Shown: piece after piece, positions 1 through 9,371 of the stretch
Numbering within the stretch: position 1 is the stretch's first letter
Layout: the number at the start of each line of letters is the position of its first letter
The notes under the pieces: generated by a model
Told to the model about the DNA's origin: nothing
What the model saw: only the letters and a program-made list of their open reading frames with translations
Database searches by the model: none
Translations under genes and position numbers: made by a program
Assembly (NCBI GenBank): GCA_023130975.1
Contig: JAGMAD010000006.1
Coordinates: 23,187 to 87,186 of the forward strand
Origin: Candidatus Parcubacteria bacterium
GTDB lineage: Bacteria > Patescibacteriota > Minisyncoccia > Minisyncoccales > JAGMDC01
DNA length: 64,000 nucleotides
Reading direction: 5' to 3'

Positions 1-894
1 TAATGACGAAATCCGCCATGGAATAACAAAAAAACTAAAACTTGCCTGAGTTTTTTCTATGCCGGATTCAAGATTAAGTTCCGCAGTATATCTGCCAAAA
101 GCAAAATTATCTTTTTCTCTTTTTAGTCCTTGAATAAATCCCTTTTCATCTGTTTCTATTTCTGTTTCTGTTTTTTTATCTTCGTCTTCGTCAATCTTTT
201 CCCAAGTTGTCTCAAATCTCCGAATACTCTGAGGCAGGACATTTCCATCAGTTCTATTTGCTGGTATAAAAGCCGCAACCTTGCCAAAAATATTTTTTAT
301 TGTTATTTCTCCTTCTGGCTTAACACGGTCTCCGCCGCTATTCCTGAAGCGGAAAATAAAATTTACTGGCAGAGCGTCAAAAAATTTCTGGTTATCTTTT
401 GTACTAAATTCTAAAAGCCCCATTCCTTCTTCTATCTCTCCTGTAACCTTAAGCAAAACAAGAATACCCACTTTTGCTGAAACAGAAACCGCTCCGCCTT
501 TTTCAGATTTGAGAGGAGAAGTGCTCCAAAAAATAGCCGCGAAATGCCCTCCTGAATCAGCGTTTTGGGGTATCTTAATGGTAAAAGAGACCTCTTTTTT
601 TTCTTCCGTGTCCAGTGTTACTTGCGGCGCTATTTCAATCCATGTCGCTAACCCCTCTTCAGTAGGAACAAATGTAGGCGCGCCTGTTTCTCCTGTTGCT
701 TCAAAATTCTCAAAAGAAGAATAAAAGGTCTTGGTTCCCTTGTGTTCATTGATAAGTAAAATTTCTCCCTTAACTATTTCTCCGGGATCGCTTGTTATTT
801 CTATTCTTACTGGAGACACAGTCAAAGCAAAAACAGTAGAACTTAAAAACAATCCTACTAAAATAAAAATCGTAGCGAAAATAAATCGTTTCAT
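1..894 (-). CDS. secreted beta-sandwich surface protein, DUF916-like (C-terminus beyond window start)
   Basis: Absent from ORF track (no stop in window). Reverse ATG at 892-894 opens a frame to position 1: MKRFIFATIFILVGLFLSSTVFA|LTVSPVRIEITSDPGEIVKGEILLINEH... The + ORFs 130..414 and 281..724 are antisense shadows. Confidence 0.6.
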   Translation of the reverse strand, partial: MKRFIFATIFILVGLFLSSTVFALTVSPVRIEITSDPGEIVKGEILLINEHKGTKTFYSSFENFEATGETGAPTFVPTEEGLATWIEIAPQVTLDTEEKKEVSFTIKIPQNADSGGHFAAIFWSTSPLKSEKGGAVSVSAKVGILVLLKVTGEIEEGMGLLEFSTKDNQKFFDALPVNFIFRFRNSGGDRVKPEGEITIKNIFGKVAAFIPANRTDGNVLPQSIRRFETTWEKIDEDEDKKTETEIETDEKGFIQGLKREKDNFAFGRYTAELNLESGIEKTQASFSFFVIPWRISSL

Positions 895-919
895 ATCATA
901 GAAGCGAATTAACGCGAAA

Positions 920-2011
920 TTAGAAATTTCCGGTTGCAACATAGGTTAAGGAAGCCGTGTAATCAGTGTGGGCTTCTGTATTTGTGGCAATATTGGCAGC
1001 ATAGTACAAGGAGTAGGTTACGGTAGCCGTATCGCTGGTACATGTGGCAATAACATCTGTTGTGCTTGCAGTTCCTCCATAAAAATAGCTGTCAGCTGGC
1101 GCATCATCATAGTCCCCATCAATAGAGTTTGTACACACCCCTCCAGTAGCCGTAATGCGCAAACCAAACTCTTCTTGCGCGGTAGTAAGCGTTTGCTCCG
1201 TACTCATAGCCGTAATACTGTCTGCCGGGGTGCCAGTAGAGGTTAAGGTGTCGCCTTTCACAGTTATAGTATAGCCACCCGTACTATTTGTGCCCGCGGT
1301 AATGGTATGAGCAACAGTTGCTGAACCCTCTCCGTCTTCATCGGTATCCGCCCACCTGGACGCGCTGGAACTCAAAGTGCCAAACCCCATGGTTTCGTCT
1401 CCTACAATGTCAAAGCTAAGAGAAGCTGGCACTGTTGCGGTTGTCACTACTGTATCGTCGGTAATAAGATGAATTATTGCGTCTCCTGTGTCAACATCAC
1501 TGCTACCATTATTGGTTTTAATGGTTATAGCATGGGAACCAGCAGTATCGTCGGTTCCTAATAAAGCAGTGGGGCTTCCTGCTTGCGCGATATCTACACA
1601 ATATTTTGTTGTAGCAGCCAAATCATCAACCGCCTCAACAGTAATGGTGTCATGACTTGACGCGCCACTGCCTTGCACACATTTAGCAGTTAAAGTACCT
1701 GGAAGAGAGGTAGAGCTTTCATCTGTGCAGCCAGTAGCCACTAAATCCGTTCCTGCTGTCCTGCACCACTTAGTATCATCATCATCAGGAGTAACCATAA
1801 TAACTTTATTATTACCCGCACCGCCACTAACCGCGCCCACAGTAGTGAAAATAACCTTGTGAGTAATAGCAGAAGCTGTGTCTGCCTTCAAGCGGTTTAA
1901 TATGTCTTTTACTAGTGTAAAAGTTCCGGCTAAAACTGTTTGAGAGCCAAAAATAACTATTAATCCCAAGATCACTAAGGTGACTATAAATTTTTTCAAA
2001 TTTATTTTCAT
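920..2011 (-). CDS. secreted Thr/Ser/Gly-rich surface protein with WxL-like C-terminal domain
   Basis: 363 aa with N-terminal signal/TM. C-terminal about 150 aa (LSFDIVGDETMGFGT..RWAD..YTASLTYVATGNF) is paralogous to the C-terminus of the 632-aa neighbour. Confidence 0.6.
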   Translation of the reverse strand: MKINLKKFIVTLVILGLIVIFGSQTVLAGTFTLVKDILNRLKADTASAITHKVIFTTVGAVSGGAGNNKVIMVTPDDDDTKWCRTAGTDLVATGCTDESSTSLPGTLTAKCVQGSGASSHDTITVEAVDDLAATTKYCVDIAQAGSPTALLGTDDTAGSHAITIKTNNGSSDVDTGDAIIHLITDDTVVTTATVPASLSFDIVGDETMGFGTLSSSASRWADTDEDGEGSATVAHTITAGTNSTGGYTITVKGDTLTSTGTPADSITAMSTEQTLTTAQEEFGLRITATGGVCTNSIDGDYDDAPADSYFYGGTASTTDVIATCTSDTATVTYSLYYAANIATNTEAHTDYTASLTYVATGNF

Positions 2012-2174
2012 TTTGCTTGCCCGCTACAATTTTTGTTCCGCAAAATTTGGGCGGGTAAATTAATTATTTTTTGGTTAGAAATCTACGTAACATTTCCAAC
2101 CAATTTCGACCTTTTTTCATTATACTAAATAAAATTACATAAATACAATTTCCTGCGGTGGATAACTCTTGCTG

Positions 2175-4073
2175 TTAAAAAGTTCCGGTGCAGATGAAAG
2201 TGAGACTGTCTGAATAGGAGCCTGCAGGCGTGGTGTTAGTAATTCCGGCTATGGGCTTTACGTCAACTGTTCCGCTATCAACCGCACCAGACGCGCTGGC
2301 AAAAGTTTGCGCCGAAGTAGTGAGCAGGGTAGTTCCATCTACAGCAAACCCAGCAGTAATAGTGAGAAGATAAGCGCTTGCTCCATAAACAGCGTAACCC
2401 TCGGTAGCGTTAGCCACAGAACTGGGTCCCACAGCGTCAATCAAATGGGTTGTTCCATATGATTTGTATAATCCGGCGCTAGTGCCGCTTCCTTGACTCC
2501 TTACTGTAATGACCAAGCCGCTGGTGGAGTTGGTTGACGCTCCAAGCTGAGTTGCCTGACCCGCGCCCGGATCTCCAGTGTCTCCTGTCTCAGCGCTGTT
2601 AGCCCACCGCTTGTTGGTGTCGGGCCAGGTCCCAAAACCAACAGCATTATTAGTAATGCTAAAACTTAAAGTAGGAGCGCTAGACGGTGTAAAAGGCGAG
2701 CCAGTAAAGATGACGCCGGCATCGTAGTTGCCGTTTGAATCTTTTTGAAAAACTTTATAAGAATAATCTTGGTCGTTGGTGAGCGCTACCGCGCTGCATC
2801 CGCCAGTCCCGGCTCCGTCAATACCGCTCACGCCAGCTGAAGCCGCGTCACCTGTGCGCATGCACGCAACTGTTGCTGTAGTAATGGTTTGATCCACGGT
2901 ATAATCTGTTCCTTCTGCTGGTACCTCGCTCCCAGGAGTTGCAGCGGCCCATCGCAAAACCACGGAACGGCTGAAATCAGAACTTGAGGAAGTTGTCCAG
3001 TTAAGAGTAACCTGCGTGTCTCCCTCGCTTCCGCTTGTGACTGTAGCTCCATTGGGCGATAAATTATCAATGGTGAGCGCGTTAGGATTAGTGTCACTGC
3101 CCAAATGAGTATATCCGCCTGTTCCTGTCCACGCAGTAACCGGCGCAGTGATGGCATACTCGGCTCCTGGCACTGCTGGCATCAAGCTATGAGTCTTTGG
3201 AGTAGCGCGGACCTTAAAAGTTGTTCCCTCTGTGCCCGCGGACATGCCTGAAACATTGATAACGTTTGAGTCGGCCGCAGGAGAAGTAGTGAACCCCAAT
3301 TCTGTATTGGCGCTGTCAGTGATATTTAATCTGCCGATGCCATTTGCGGTTGAAAGATTCACTGTTACATCAGTTATCGTCTCTGTGCCGCTACTTGTTG
3401 TTATAACAAACTGATCCACATCTGTCTCTACCCCCCCAGGAGCAATAGTAGCGGCTCCTGGATCAGTACCAGTGCTAAGAGTGGAAGTTAGAGAATAATC
3501 AACATAAAGATATGCCCGCCTAATATAAATCTCTGTTGTTGATGGGGAACCAGATTTATCATATTTAACTTTTAATTTTGCAGCTGTAATCTTTGCCCAA
3601 GTGTCTAATGTACCGCTTATATCAACATTTTCCCAATAATAGCTATCTGAAGAAGGATTGATGTCGCCAAGTTTTACACTCCACGCAGTACCATCATGGA
3701 TATAAACTTCCACAGAATCATTCCTTAATGTGTCAACTATTTTTAGCTCAAGATAAACTTTAACGCTATTTATAGCTCCACTAGCGGAAGGGTCAATAAA
3801 GGTGAATTCTTCGTGCCAATATTCATCGGTTTTTGTATAGATGTAGTTCGCAGTGTTGTTATCTAACCAGGGAGAACTCCCAAATTCTGTCCATTGTTCA
3901 TTAATAGAAGTAAATCCACTAACATAAAGTGTTTCATTACTCGTTTTTGCTTCCTGAATTTTTGGCGGAAAATCTAAAATTTGCGGCCAGCCGGAAAAAA
4001 CCCAGGCGGTAATTACAAAAAATATCATTATAAATTGTATTATTTTGTAAGTTCTTAAAACTTTAATCATCAT
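2175..4073 (-). CDS. large secreted surface protein (N-terminal beta-sandwich, FN3-like segment, WxL-like C-terminal domain)
   Basis: 632 aa with N-terminal TM. FN3-like VTLNWTTSSSSDF..YSYKVFQKDSNGN. C-terminus LSFSITNNAVGFGTW..RWAN..YSDSLTFICTGTF shared with 920..2011. Confidence 0.6.
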   Translation of the reverse strand: MMIKVLRTYKIIQFIMIFFVITAWVFSGWPQILDFPPKIQEAKTSNETLYVSGFTSINEQWTEFGSSPWLDNNTANYIYTKTDEYWHEEFTFIDPSASGAINSVKVYLELKIVDTLRNDSVEVYIHDGTAWSVKLGDINPSSDSYYWENVDISGTLDTWAKITAAKLKVKYDKSGSPSTTEIYIRRAYLYVDYSLTSTLSTGTDPGAATIAPGGVETDVDQFVITTSSGTETITDVTVNLSTANGIGRLNITDSANTELGFTTSPAADSNVINVSGMSAGTEGTTFKVRATPKTHSLMPAVPGAEYAITAPVTAWTGTGGYTHLGSDTNPNALTIDNLSPNGATVTSGSEGDTQVTLNWTTSSSSDFSRSVVLRWAAATPGSEVPAEGTDYTVDQTITTATVACMRTGDAASAGVSGIDGAGTGGCSAVALTNDQDYSYKVFQKDSNGNYDAGVIFTGSPFTPSSAPTLSFSITNNAVGFGTWPDTNKRWANSAETGDTGDPGAGQATQLGASTNSTSGLVITVRSQGSGTSAGLYKSYGTTHLIDAVGPSSVANATEGYAVYGASAYLLTITAGFAVDGTTLLTTSAQTFASASGAVDSGTVDVKPIAGITNTTPAGSYSDSLTFICTGTF

Positions 4074-4151
4074 TAAATAAACTCTTTAAGAAAATGTAAT
4101 TATTAATAATACCCGCTTTTGCAAACCCGATTCTTTTTAACTTTAAAGTTA

Positions 4152-4170
4152 TCAGAGAACTGTTCTCTGA
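4152..4170. repeat. REP-like perfect palindrome TCAGAGAAC-T-GTTCTCTGA, 2 nt after the RAYT stop
   Basis: Read directly; same core at 4869-4885 and degenerate at 4645-4662. Confidence 0.85.
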
Positions 4171-4172
4171 TT

Positions 4173-4859
4173 TTATTTGATCTCTTTTTTGTATTTTACC
4201 CAATTTTCAATAAATTTTCTACATCCTTCTTTCCCGCCCATTACTTCAAGCATAAAATCTCTTTCAGTTACTGAATGGAAATTCTTTTTTCCAATATAAT
4301 CAGGATAACTTGACCATTTATAATTTTCTAAAAATTCAATTACTTTTTCTGGATTTTTAATTCCTATTTCTTTCCATTTTGGTTCTATTAAAGATATGCC
4401 ATTGGTATGAATATAGACAAACACAGTTTTTAGTTGTTCATTAGTTTTGATGTGAACTGCCCGAAATCTTCCCTGAAAAAGATGACCCTTCCGATTATAT
4501 TTTTTATTGAAATAGGCAGCATAACCAGCGCCAAATTTTCTCATAAATTGGCTTATTCCTTCGTCTTTAAGTTGCTTCACTAATAAATGAATATGATTAG
4601 GCATAAAATAAAAAGCCCAAATCTCTACTAATAAATCTCGATTATCAGAGAACTGTTCTTTGTTTCTTTTCTTTATTTTAATACGCACTTTTCGTCGTTC
4701 CCTAATAGTAATTGGCGTTTCTATTGTATTAAATTCATAGAGAGAGAAAATTGCTCGATAATAATCATTCTCGTCCTTGAAAATTAAAGAATCTCCGACT
4801 CCTCGAATAACAATATGATAAATTTCACCATTAACTAATTGTGGTCGTTGAATAGGCAT
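4173..4859 (-). CDS. REP-associated tyrosine transposase (RAYT, IS200/Y1 HUH family)
   Basis: 228 aa with HUH motif in MPNHIHLLV and a downstream Tyr region FVYIHTNG. The N-terminus QLVNGEIYHIVIRG is typical of COG1943 proteins. Flanked on both sides by the same palindrome. Confidence 0.8.
   Translation of the reverse strand: MPIQRPQLVNGEIYHIVIRGVGDSLIFKDENDYYRAIFSLYEFNTIETPITIRERRKVRIKIKKRNKEQFSDNRDLLVEIWAFYFMPNHIHLLVKQLKDEGISQFMRKFGAGYAAYFNKKYNRKGHLFQGRFRAVHIKTNEQLKTVFVYIHTNGISLIEPKWKEIGIKNPEKVIEFLENYKWSSYPDYIGKKNFHSVTERDFMLEVMGGKEGCRKFIENWVKYKKEIK
4645..4662. repeat. degenerate third copy of the REP palindrome inside the RAYT CDS
   Basis: TCAGAGAACTGTTCTTTG, two differences from the flanking copies; encodes KEQFSD. 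Confidence 0.6.
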
Positions 4860-4868
4860 ACTAATTTA

Positions 4869-4885
4869 CAGAGAACTGTTCTCTG
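4869..4885. repeat. REP-like palindrome CAGAGAAC-T-GTTCTCTG, 9 nt upstream of the RAYT start
   Basis: Read directly. Confidence 0.85.
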
Positions 4886-4950
4886 ATAGTCTATTTATTG
4901 CTTCATTATAACAGACCTTGGTTTGATATATCAAATCTCTGATTTGCTAT

Positions 4951-4990
4951 AACAAAAAATCGCCTCTGCTGAAAGGCGAAATGGCGATTT
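4951..4990 (-). terminator. intrinsic terminator of the RRM-protein gene (A-run/T-run on both sides)
   Basis: Minus reading TCGCCTttcagcAGAGGCGA followed by TTTTTTG; nested outer ATCGCC/GGCGAT. Confidence 0.65.
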
Positions 4991-5023
4991 TTTGTTTTTT
5001 AGTTTCAGGAGTTTTCTCAAATT

Positions 5024-5323
5024 CTATCGATTAAAATTTTCTCCAGAATTAGAAAACTTCTTAAAAGGTTTTTTCTCCATTGGCTTGGCTTCATCTACCA
5101 CTATATTTCTTCCATCTAACTCTTTTCCATTAAGCATTTCTATTGCTTTTTTGGCTTCCTCTTCTGAGGACATTTCCACAAAGCCAAATCCTTTTGACCT
5201 GCCAGAAAATTTATCCATAATGATAGTTGCTGAATCTACTGTGCCTGCCTCTGAAAATAAATCTTTAAGAGAATCTTCCTTGGTATCGTAAGAAAGACTT
5301 CCTACATAAAGTTTCTTTTCCAT
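5024..5323 (-). CDS. RRM-type RNA-binding protein
   Basis: 99 aa; RNP-2 LYVGSL and RNP-1 KGFGFVEM motifs. Confidence 0.9.
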   Translation of the reverse strand: MEKKLYVGSLSYDTKEDSLKDLFSEAGTVDSATIIMDKFSGRSKGFGFVEMSSEEEAKKAIEMLNGKELDGRNIVVDEAKPMEKKPFKKFSNSGENFNR

Positions 5324-5543
5324 TTTTTTTCTTCTTAAAAATTAACGAATAAACGACCTACTCCTAATATCCTTACTTAATTTTAAAAAAATTAGTACAA
5401 AACTTAGAGAGCACGACCGAAACACCGAGCACTCAGAGTACTGAGTGTCTAATGACCAGTTTTTTAAGTATATACCTATTGCTAAAATTTGTCAAATTTA
5501 ATCAGAGTTTTTCTCCTGCTAATTTCTATGTCTTTAACTTTCT

Positions 5544-6362
5544 TTAATTAATCTCGTAGGTAATTGTTACGGTAACTTCTATTTTATTTTCTCCGGTTTC
5601 TATTTGAGGCGCTGGCGCCTCTTCTCCGGCTCCAATCCCAACCATCTTTTCTAAGCCGTAATATCGCGGGAAAACACTGGTTTCTTGGAAGCTAGTAATC
5701 CTTACTAAATTAACATCTAATTGAGAAGCTAATTCTTTTGCTTTGGTTTTGGCTTTTTCAATTGCCTGTTCTCTGGCTTGTTTTTTCAGTTCGTCTTGAT
5801 TGTCAATGGTAAACTGTAAATCACCAACCTGATTAGCGCCTGTCTCAGTTGCTCCTTGAATAATATCTCCAATTTTTGCCATATCTCTGATTTTAACCTG
5901 AAGCGACTGCCTAACCTCATAACCTACCAGTACTCTCCTGCCTTCAGGATAAGGGGGAATTTCTGCTCTATGCCACTCATAACGGGGATAGATATTAAAA
6001 CTAATTGTTTTTAAATCCTTTTCTTCAACTCCCTCGCTTTTCATAAAATTAATAATGGCATTCATTTTTTCTGTATTTTCTGCCATTGCCTCATTGACGG
6101 TCTTGGCTTCTGTGACAACAGAAAAAACAGACAAAGCTAAATCTGGCTTAGCATAGACCTCGCCTTTATCAAAAACAGTGATAGTATTCTTTGTTTCAAT
6201 CTCCTGGCCAATATACTTTCCTTGTTTAATCTTATTTTGAATATCAACAACAGTAGAAAAAAACAAAGCAGTTAAAAGAAGCACTAAAACCAACAAGAGT
6301 ACAGGTAACAATCCTTTGTGTTTTTCAATTTTTTGAAAATTATTATCGTTCATATATTTCAT
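5544..6362 (-). CDS. SIMPL/DUF541 domain protein, membrane-anchored
   Basis: 272 aa with N-terminal TM. GYEVRQSLQVKIRD..GANQVGDLQFTIDN..QAREQAIEKAKTKAKELA pattern typical of DUF541. Confidence 0.75.
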   Translation of the reverse strand: MKYMNDNNFQKIEKHKGLLPVLLLVLVLLLTALFFSTVVDIQNKIKQGKYIGQEIETKNTITVFDKGEVYAKPDLALSVFSVVTEAKTVNEAMAENTEKMNAIINFMKSEGVEEKDLKTISFNIYPRYEWHRAEIPPYPEGRRVLVGYEVRQSLQVKIRDMAKIGDIIQGATETGANQVGDLQFTIDNQDELKKQAREQAIEKAKTKAKELASQLDVNLVRITSFQETSVFPRYYGLEKMVGIGAGEEAPAPQIETGENKIEVTVTITYEIN

Positions 6363-6385
6363 AATAGCATAAAAAAATAAAAAGT

Positions 6386-7453
6386 CTAAACACCACTTTT
6401 GATTTCTATTACATCGCCGTCTTGGACAACATATTCTTTTCCCTCTGTCCGTATTAAACCTTTCTCTCTGGCACCACCAAAGCCATCAGCTTCAACAAGT
6501 TCCTGCCAATTAATTACTTCTGCCTTTATAAAATATTTTTCGAAATCACTGTGGATTACCCCGCCTGCCTGCGGCGCTTTTTTCCCTCTCTTTAAAGTCC
6601 AAGCGCGAGTTTCATCTAAGCCAGTAGTAAAAAAAGTTATCAAATCAAGCAGTTTATAACATTCTTGGATTAGAACGTCTATTTTTAATTCTTTAGGCAA
6701 ATCAAATTCTTTTCTCTCTTCAGAAGATAAATCCGCGGCATCAAACTCTGTCAATATATTAATAACCAAAAATGGCCAGTTGTTTTTCTGAAAAACTTCT
6801 TTCATTTCTTCAGAAACTTCTTTTTCAGAGCCGTTTAATAAATACAATCTTGGTTTTATGGTTAATAACTGGTAATAATTTAATTTTTTCTTTTCTTCGC
6901 TGTCCCAGTTTTGTTCGCTTAAGAGCTTGTTTTCCAGTAGAATTTTTTGCGCTTTTTGCAGAATCTCTATTTCTTTTTTTGCTTCTTTGCTTTCTGCCCT
7001 GACATCCTTTTCTAAATCCTGGATTCTTTTTTCTAATGTTTCCAAGTCTTTCAAAGCCATTTCTGTATCCAAAATTTCTTTTTCTTTTAAAACATCAATT
7101 TTATCTTGGGTATTAACAACCTTTTCATTTTGAAAAGAGCGCAAAATATAAACTATGGCATTTGTCTCCCTGATGTTGGCTAGAAATTTATTGCCCAATC
7201 CTTCTCCTTTATTAGACCCTTTTACTAAACCAGCAATATCAACAAATTCTACTGTTGTATAAATCTTTTTCTTAGAGTTTGTCAATTCAGCTAATTTATC
7301 CACCCTTTCATCAGAGACAGCCACAACACCAACATTAGGATTAATGGTGCAAAAAGGATAATTAGAACGGTCAACTTGTTTTTTTGTAATAGCTTGGAAC
7401 AAGGTTGATTTGCCTACATTAGGCAAACCAACAATTCCTACAGATAAAGGCAT
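6386..7453 (-). CDS. ychF: redox-regulated ATPase YchF
   Basis: 355 aa; P-loop GLPNVGKSTLF, coiled-coil insert, conserved C-terminal domain (VRAWTLKRG..APQAAG-like). Confidence 0.92.
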   Translation of the reverse strand: MPLSVGIVGLPNVGKSTLFQAITKKQVDRSNYPFCTINPNVGVVAVSDERVDKLAELTNSKKKIYTTVEFVDIAGLVKGSNKGEGLGNKFLANIRETNAIVYILRSFQNEKVVNTQDKIDVLKEKEILDTEMALKDLETLEKRIQDLEKDVRAESKEAKKEIEILQKAQKILLENKLLSEQNWDSEEKKKLNYYQLLTIKPRLYLLNGSEKEVSEEMKEVFQKNNWPFLVINILTEFDAADLSSEERKEFDLPKELKIDVLIQECYKLLDLITFFTTGLDETRAWTLKRGKKAPQAGGVIHSDFEKYFIKAEVINWQELVEADGFGGAREKGLIRTEGKEYVVQDGDVIEIKSGV

Positions 7454-7464
7454 AGAAAATTAAA

Positions 7465-8040
7465 CTACATTCCTAAATCAATAAAGTAATCTCCTTCTTT
7501 ATAATCTTTTGAATAAATCTTTAACTTTAAACCAGTAGAAATTTTTGCCACTTCATATATTTTTGTACACAGAGTCGGAGTAAATCCTGGTTTCAGTAAA
7601 GCACCACATCTACTATCATCTGAAATCCAATATTCTGCACCATCAAAAGAATAAAATTTTCTTCCCTCACTATCTACTATTTCCTGAATATCCCAACTTT
7701 TTCCTGGTATATTGTCTTTGCCTATATTTTCTGCAGTTATTGTTACTTCAATAAATTTTTCAGTCGTAGTGATATCTTTTCTTTGATGTTGATAGTCAAC
7801 AACTTCTGAGGCCTCAAGAATATTTCCTCTGTGTTCTACTTTTCCTATTTTAAATCTTACATCACCCACCACAACTTCATAAATAGGTTCTATTTTCTCT
7901 TCTTCTATTACTGGATTAGGTTTCCATAAAATTTTCAACATCACAACAGACAAAACTATAATCCCAATAATTATTCCGCCTAAAATTAAAAATTCTCTTG
8001 AAATTTGTCCTTTAGATTTTATTTTATCTTTTTTTTCCAT
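7465..8040 (-). CDS. membrane-anchored hypothetical protein (DUF4352-like ectodomain)
   Basis: 191 aa; one TM then a beta-rich domain (FIEVTITAENIGKDNI..WDIQEIVDSEGRKF). Confidence 0.5.
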   Translation of the reverse strand: MEKKDKIKSKGQISREFLILGGIIIGIIVLSVVMLKILWKPNPVIEEEKIEPIYEVVVGDVRFKIGKVEHRGNILEASEVVDYQHQRKDITTTEKFIEVTITAENIGKDNIPGKSWDIQEIVDSEGRKFYSFDGAEYWISDDSRCGALLKPGFTPTLCTKIYEVAKISTGLKLKIYSKDYKEGDYFIDLGM

Positions 8041-8067
8041 AATATTTAATTTATTCTCCGACCTTTA

Positions 8068-8134
8068 CCCCCACATCAAACCAGTATAAATCTCATTTAT
8101 CTACGCAAAGCGCAATACTGGTTTGGTGTGGGGG
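8068..8134. promoter_or_regulatory. 20-bp-stem inverted repeat in divergent promoter region
   Basis: CCCCCACATCAAACCAGTAT (8068-8087) versus ATACTGGTTTGGTGTGGGGG (8115-8134); one T.G mismatch, 27-nt loop; contains a TATACT hexamer. Confidence 0.55.
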
Positions 8135-8221
8135 ATTATTTTATTTTAGCATAATGAAAACTTGGAGCAACTCGCAAGTTCAAAACTTGATTTTATAGCA
8201 AAATATGATATAATATCTTAT

Positions 8222-9361
8222 ATGAAATCAATCCTGACTATTATTGCTATTATTATTGTTTTAATCGCCATTATGGCTTGCGGACAAGGCCCAAAAGATA
8301 AATTGGCTGATTTTGGACTGGCAAATATTTTTCAGTCCCAGAAAACCGTTTCTCAAAAGCCGGCTTTGGAAGAAAAAGAGAAACCTCAAGAGCCGTCTAT
8401 CTTTATTAATACCTATATCATTGCTGGTCCAAGCGAAGGAGAAATAATAGAAGGAACAGATAAGATTACTTTTGAATTTGAAGCAAAAATTTATCCAGAA
8501 GAAAGTGAAGAAAGAATATATTTTGAAACAAAGATTGAGGAAATTGATGACGACTGGAAAAAAACTTATTCCCAAAAAAGAACAGTGAAATTTCCTCCCG
8601 GCCAGCAAGAATATACTTTTTTAGTTCGGGCAAAAATTAAAGATATAGTCAAAATAACTCCGGCCAGAAGAACTTTTATTATAAACAATTCTCCTTATTC
8701 CCACAAAATAGAAATCTCAAATGTAAAAACAGAAACCGCTTCCCGTCCCTCTTTAATAACTCTAAGAACTTATCTTAAAAAAGATGAAAAGATTAATATC
8801 ACTGGCTGGCAAATTAAAACAAAAAAAGGGAAATTTCTTATTCCTCAAGGAATAGAAAAATTTAATCCTTATTATCAAAAACCATTTAAAGATATTGTTA
8901 TAAAAAATGGTGATAAAATATATTTATCTGGCAGTCAAAGTCCTTTTAGAGGAGAGAAAAGTTTTCTAGTTAATAAATGCTTGGGGTATTTTAGAAAATA
9001 TCGTGAGTTTCCTATTTCTATATCAAAAAAATGTCCTAAGCCGGAAAAAGAAGACATTGCCTATCTTAGTCCCTGCTGTAAAGAATTTATCCTGGAACTA
9101 AACAGATGTGAAATTCCTGATTTTTCTAAAAATTATAAGGTATCGCAGGACCGACAATGCGTGTCTTATCTTGTTGATAATCTGAATTATTCTGGCTGTT
9201 ATAGAAATTTTTCCAAAGATAAAGATTTCTTAGAAAATAACTGGCATATTTATTTAAATAGAAATATCGTTGTTAGTAATGACTGGGATACATTTTATTT
9301 ACGGGATGAAAATGGTCTCTTTGTAGATAAATATTCCTATGGCTCTCCTTCTTGCGAATAA
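8222..9361 (+). CDS. lipoprotein-like secreted protein with LTD-like (lamin-tail) segment
   Basis: The track ORF starts at TTG 8162. ATG 8222 gives MKSILTIIAIIIVLIAIMAC, which is lipobox-like. INITGWQIKTKKGKFLIPQG..NGDKIYLSG resembles LTD domains. Confidence 0.5.
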   Translation: MKSILTIIAIIIVLIAIMACGQGPKDKLADFGLANIFQSQKTVSQKPALEEKEKPQEPSIFINTYIIAGPSEGEIIEGTDKITFEFEAKIYPEESEERIYFETKIEEIDDDWKKTYSQKRTVKFPPGQQEYTFLVRAKIKDIVKITPARRTFIINNSPYSHKIEISNVKTETASRPSLITLRTYLKKDEKINITGWQIKTKKGKFLIPQGIEKFNPYYQKPFKDIVIKNGDKIYLSGSQSPFRGEKSFLVNKCLGYFRKYREFPISISKKCPKPEKEDIAYLSPCCKEFILELNRCEIPDFSKNYKVSQDRQCVSYLVDNLNYSGCYRNFSKDKDFLENNWHIYLNRNIVVSNDWDTFYLRDENGLFVDKYSYGSPSCE

Positions 9362-9371
9362 AGAATTTTGT

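Noticed and set aside
130-724. Plus-strand ORFs 130..414 and 281..724, and many similar antisense ORFs (968..1246, 2828..3157, 3232..3414, 4992..5291, 6399..7133, 8261..8608, 10022..10634, 29657..30610, 52707..54307, etc.)
   Set aside because: They lie entirely inside longer, family-recognisable genes on the opposite strand or in other frames, and have low-complexity, Ser/Phe/Leu-biased translations typical of shadow ORFs
920-4073. Diversity-generating retroelement targets (Thr/Ser/Gly-rich variable surface proteins)
   Set aside because: There is no reverse transcriptase gene and no template/variable repeat pair. The similarity between the two proteins is at protein-domain level only
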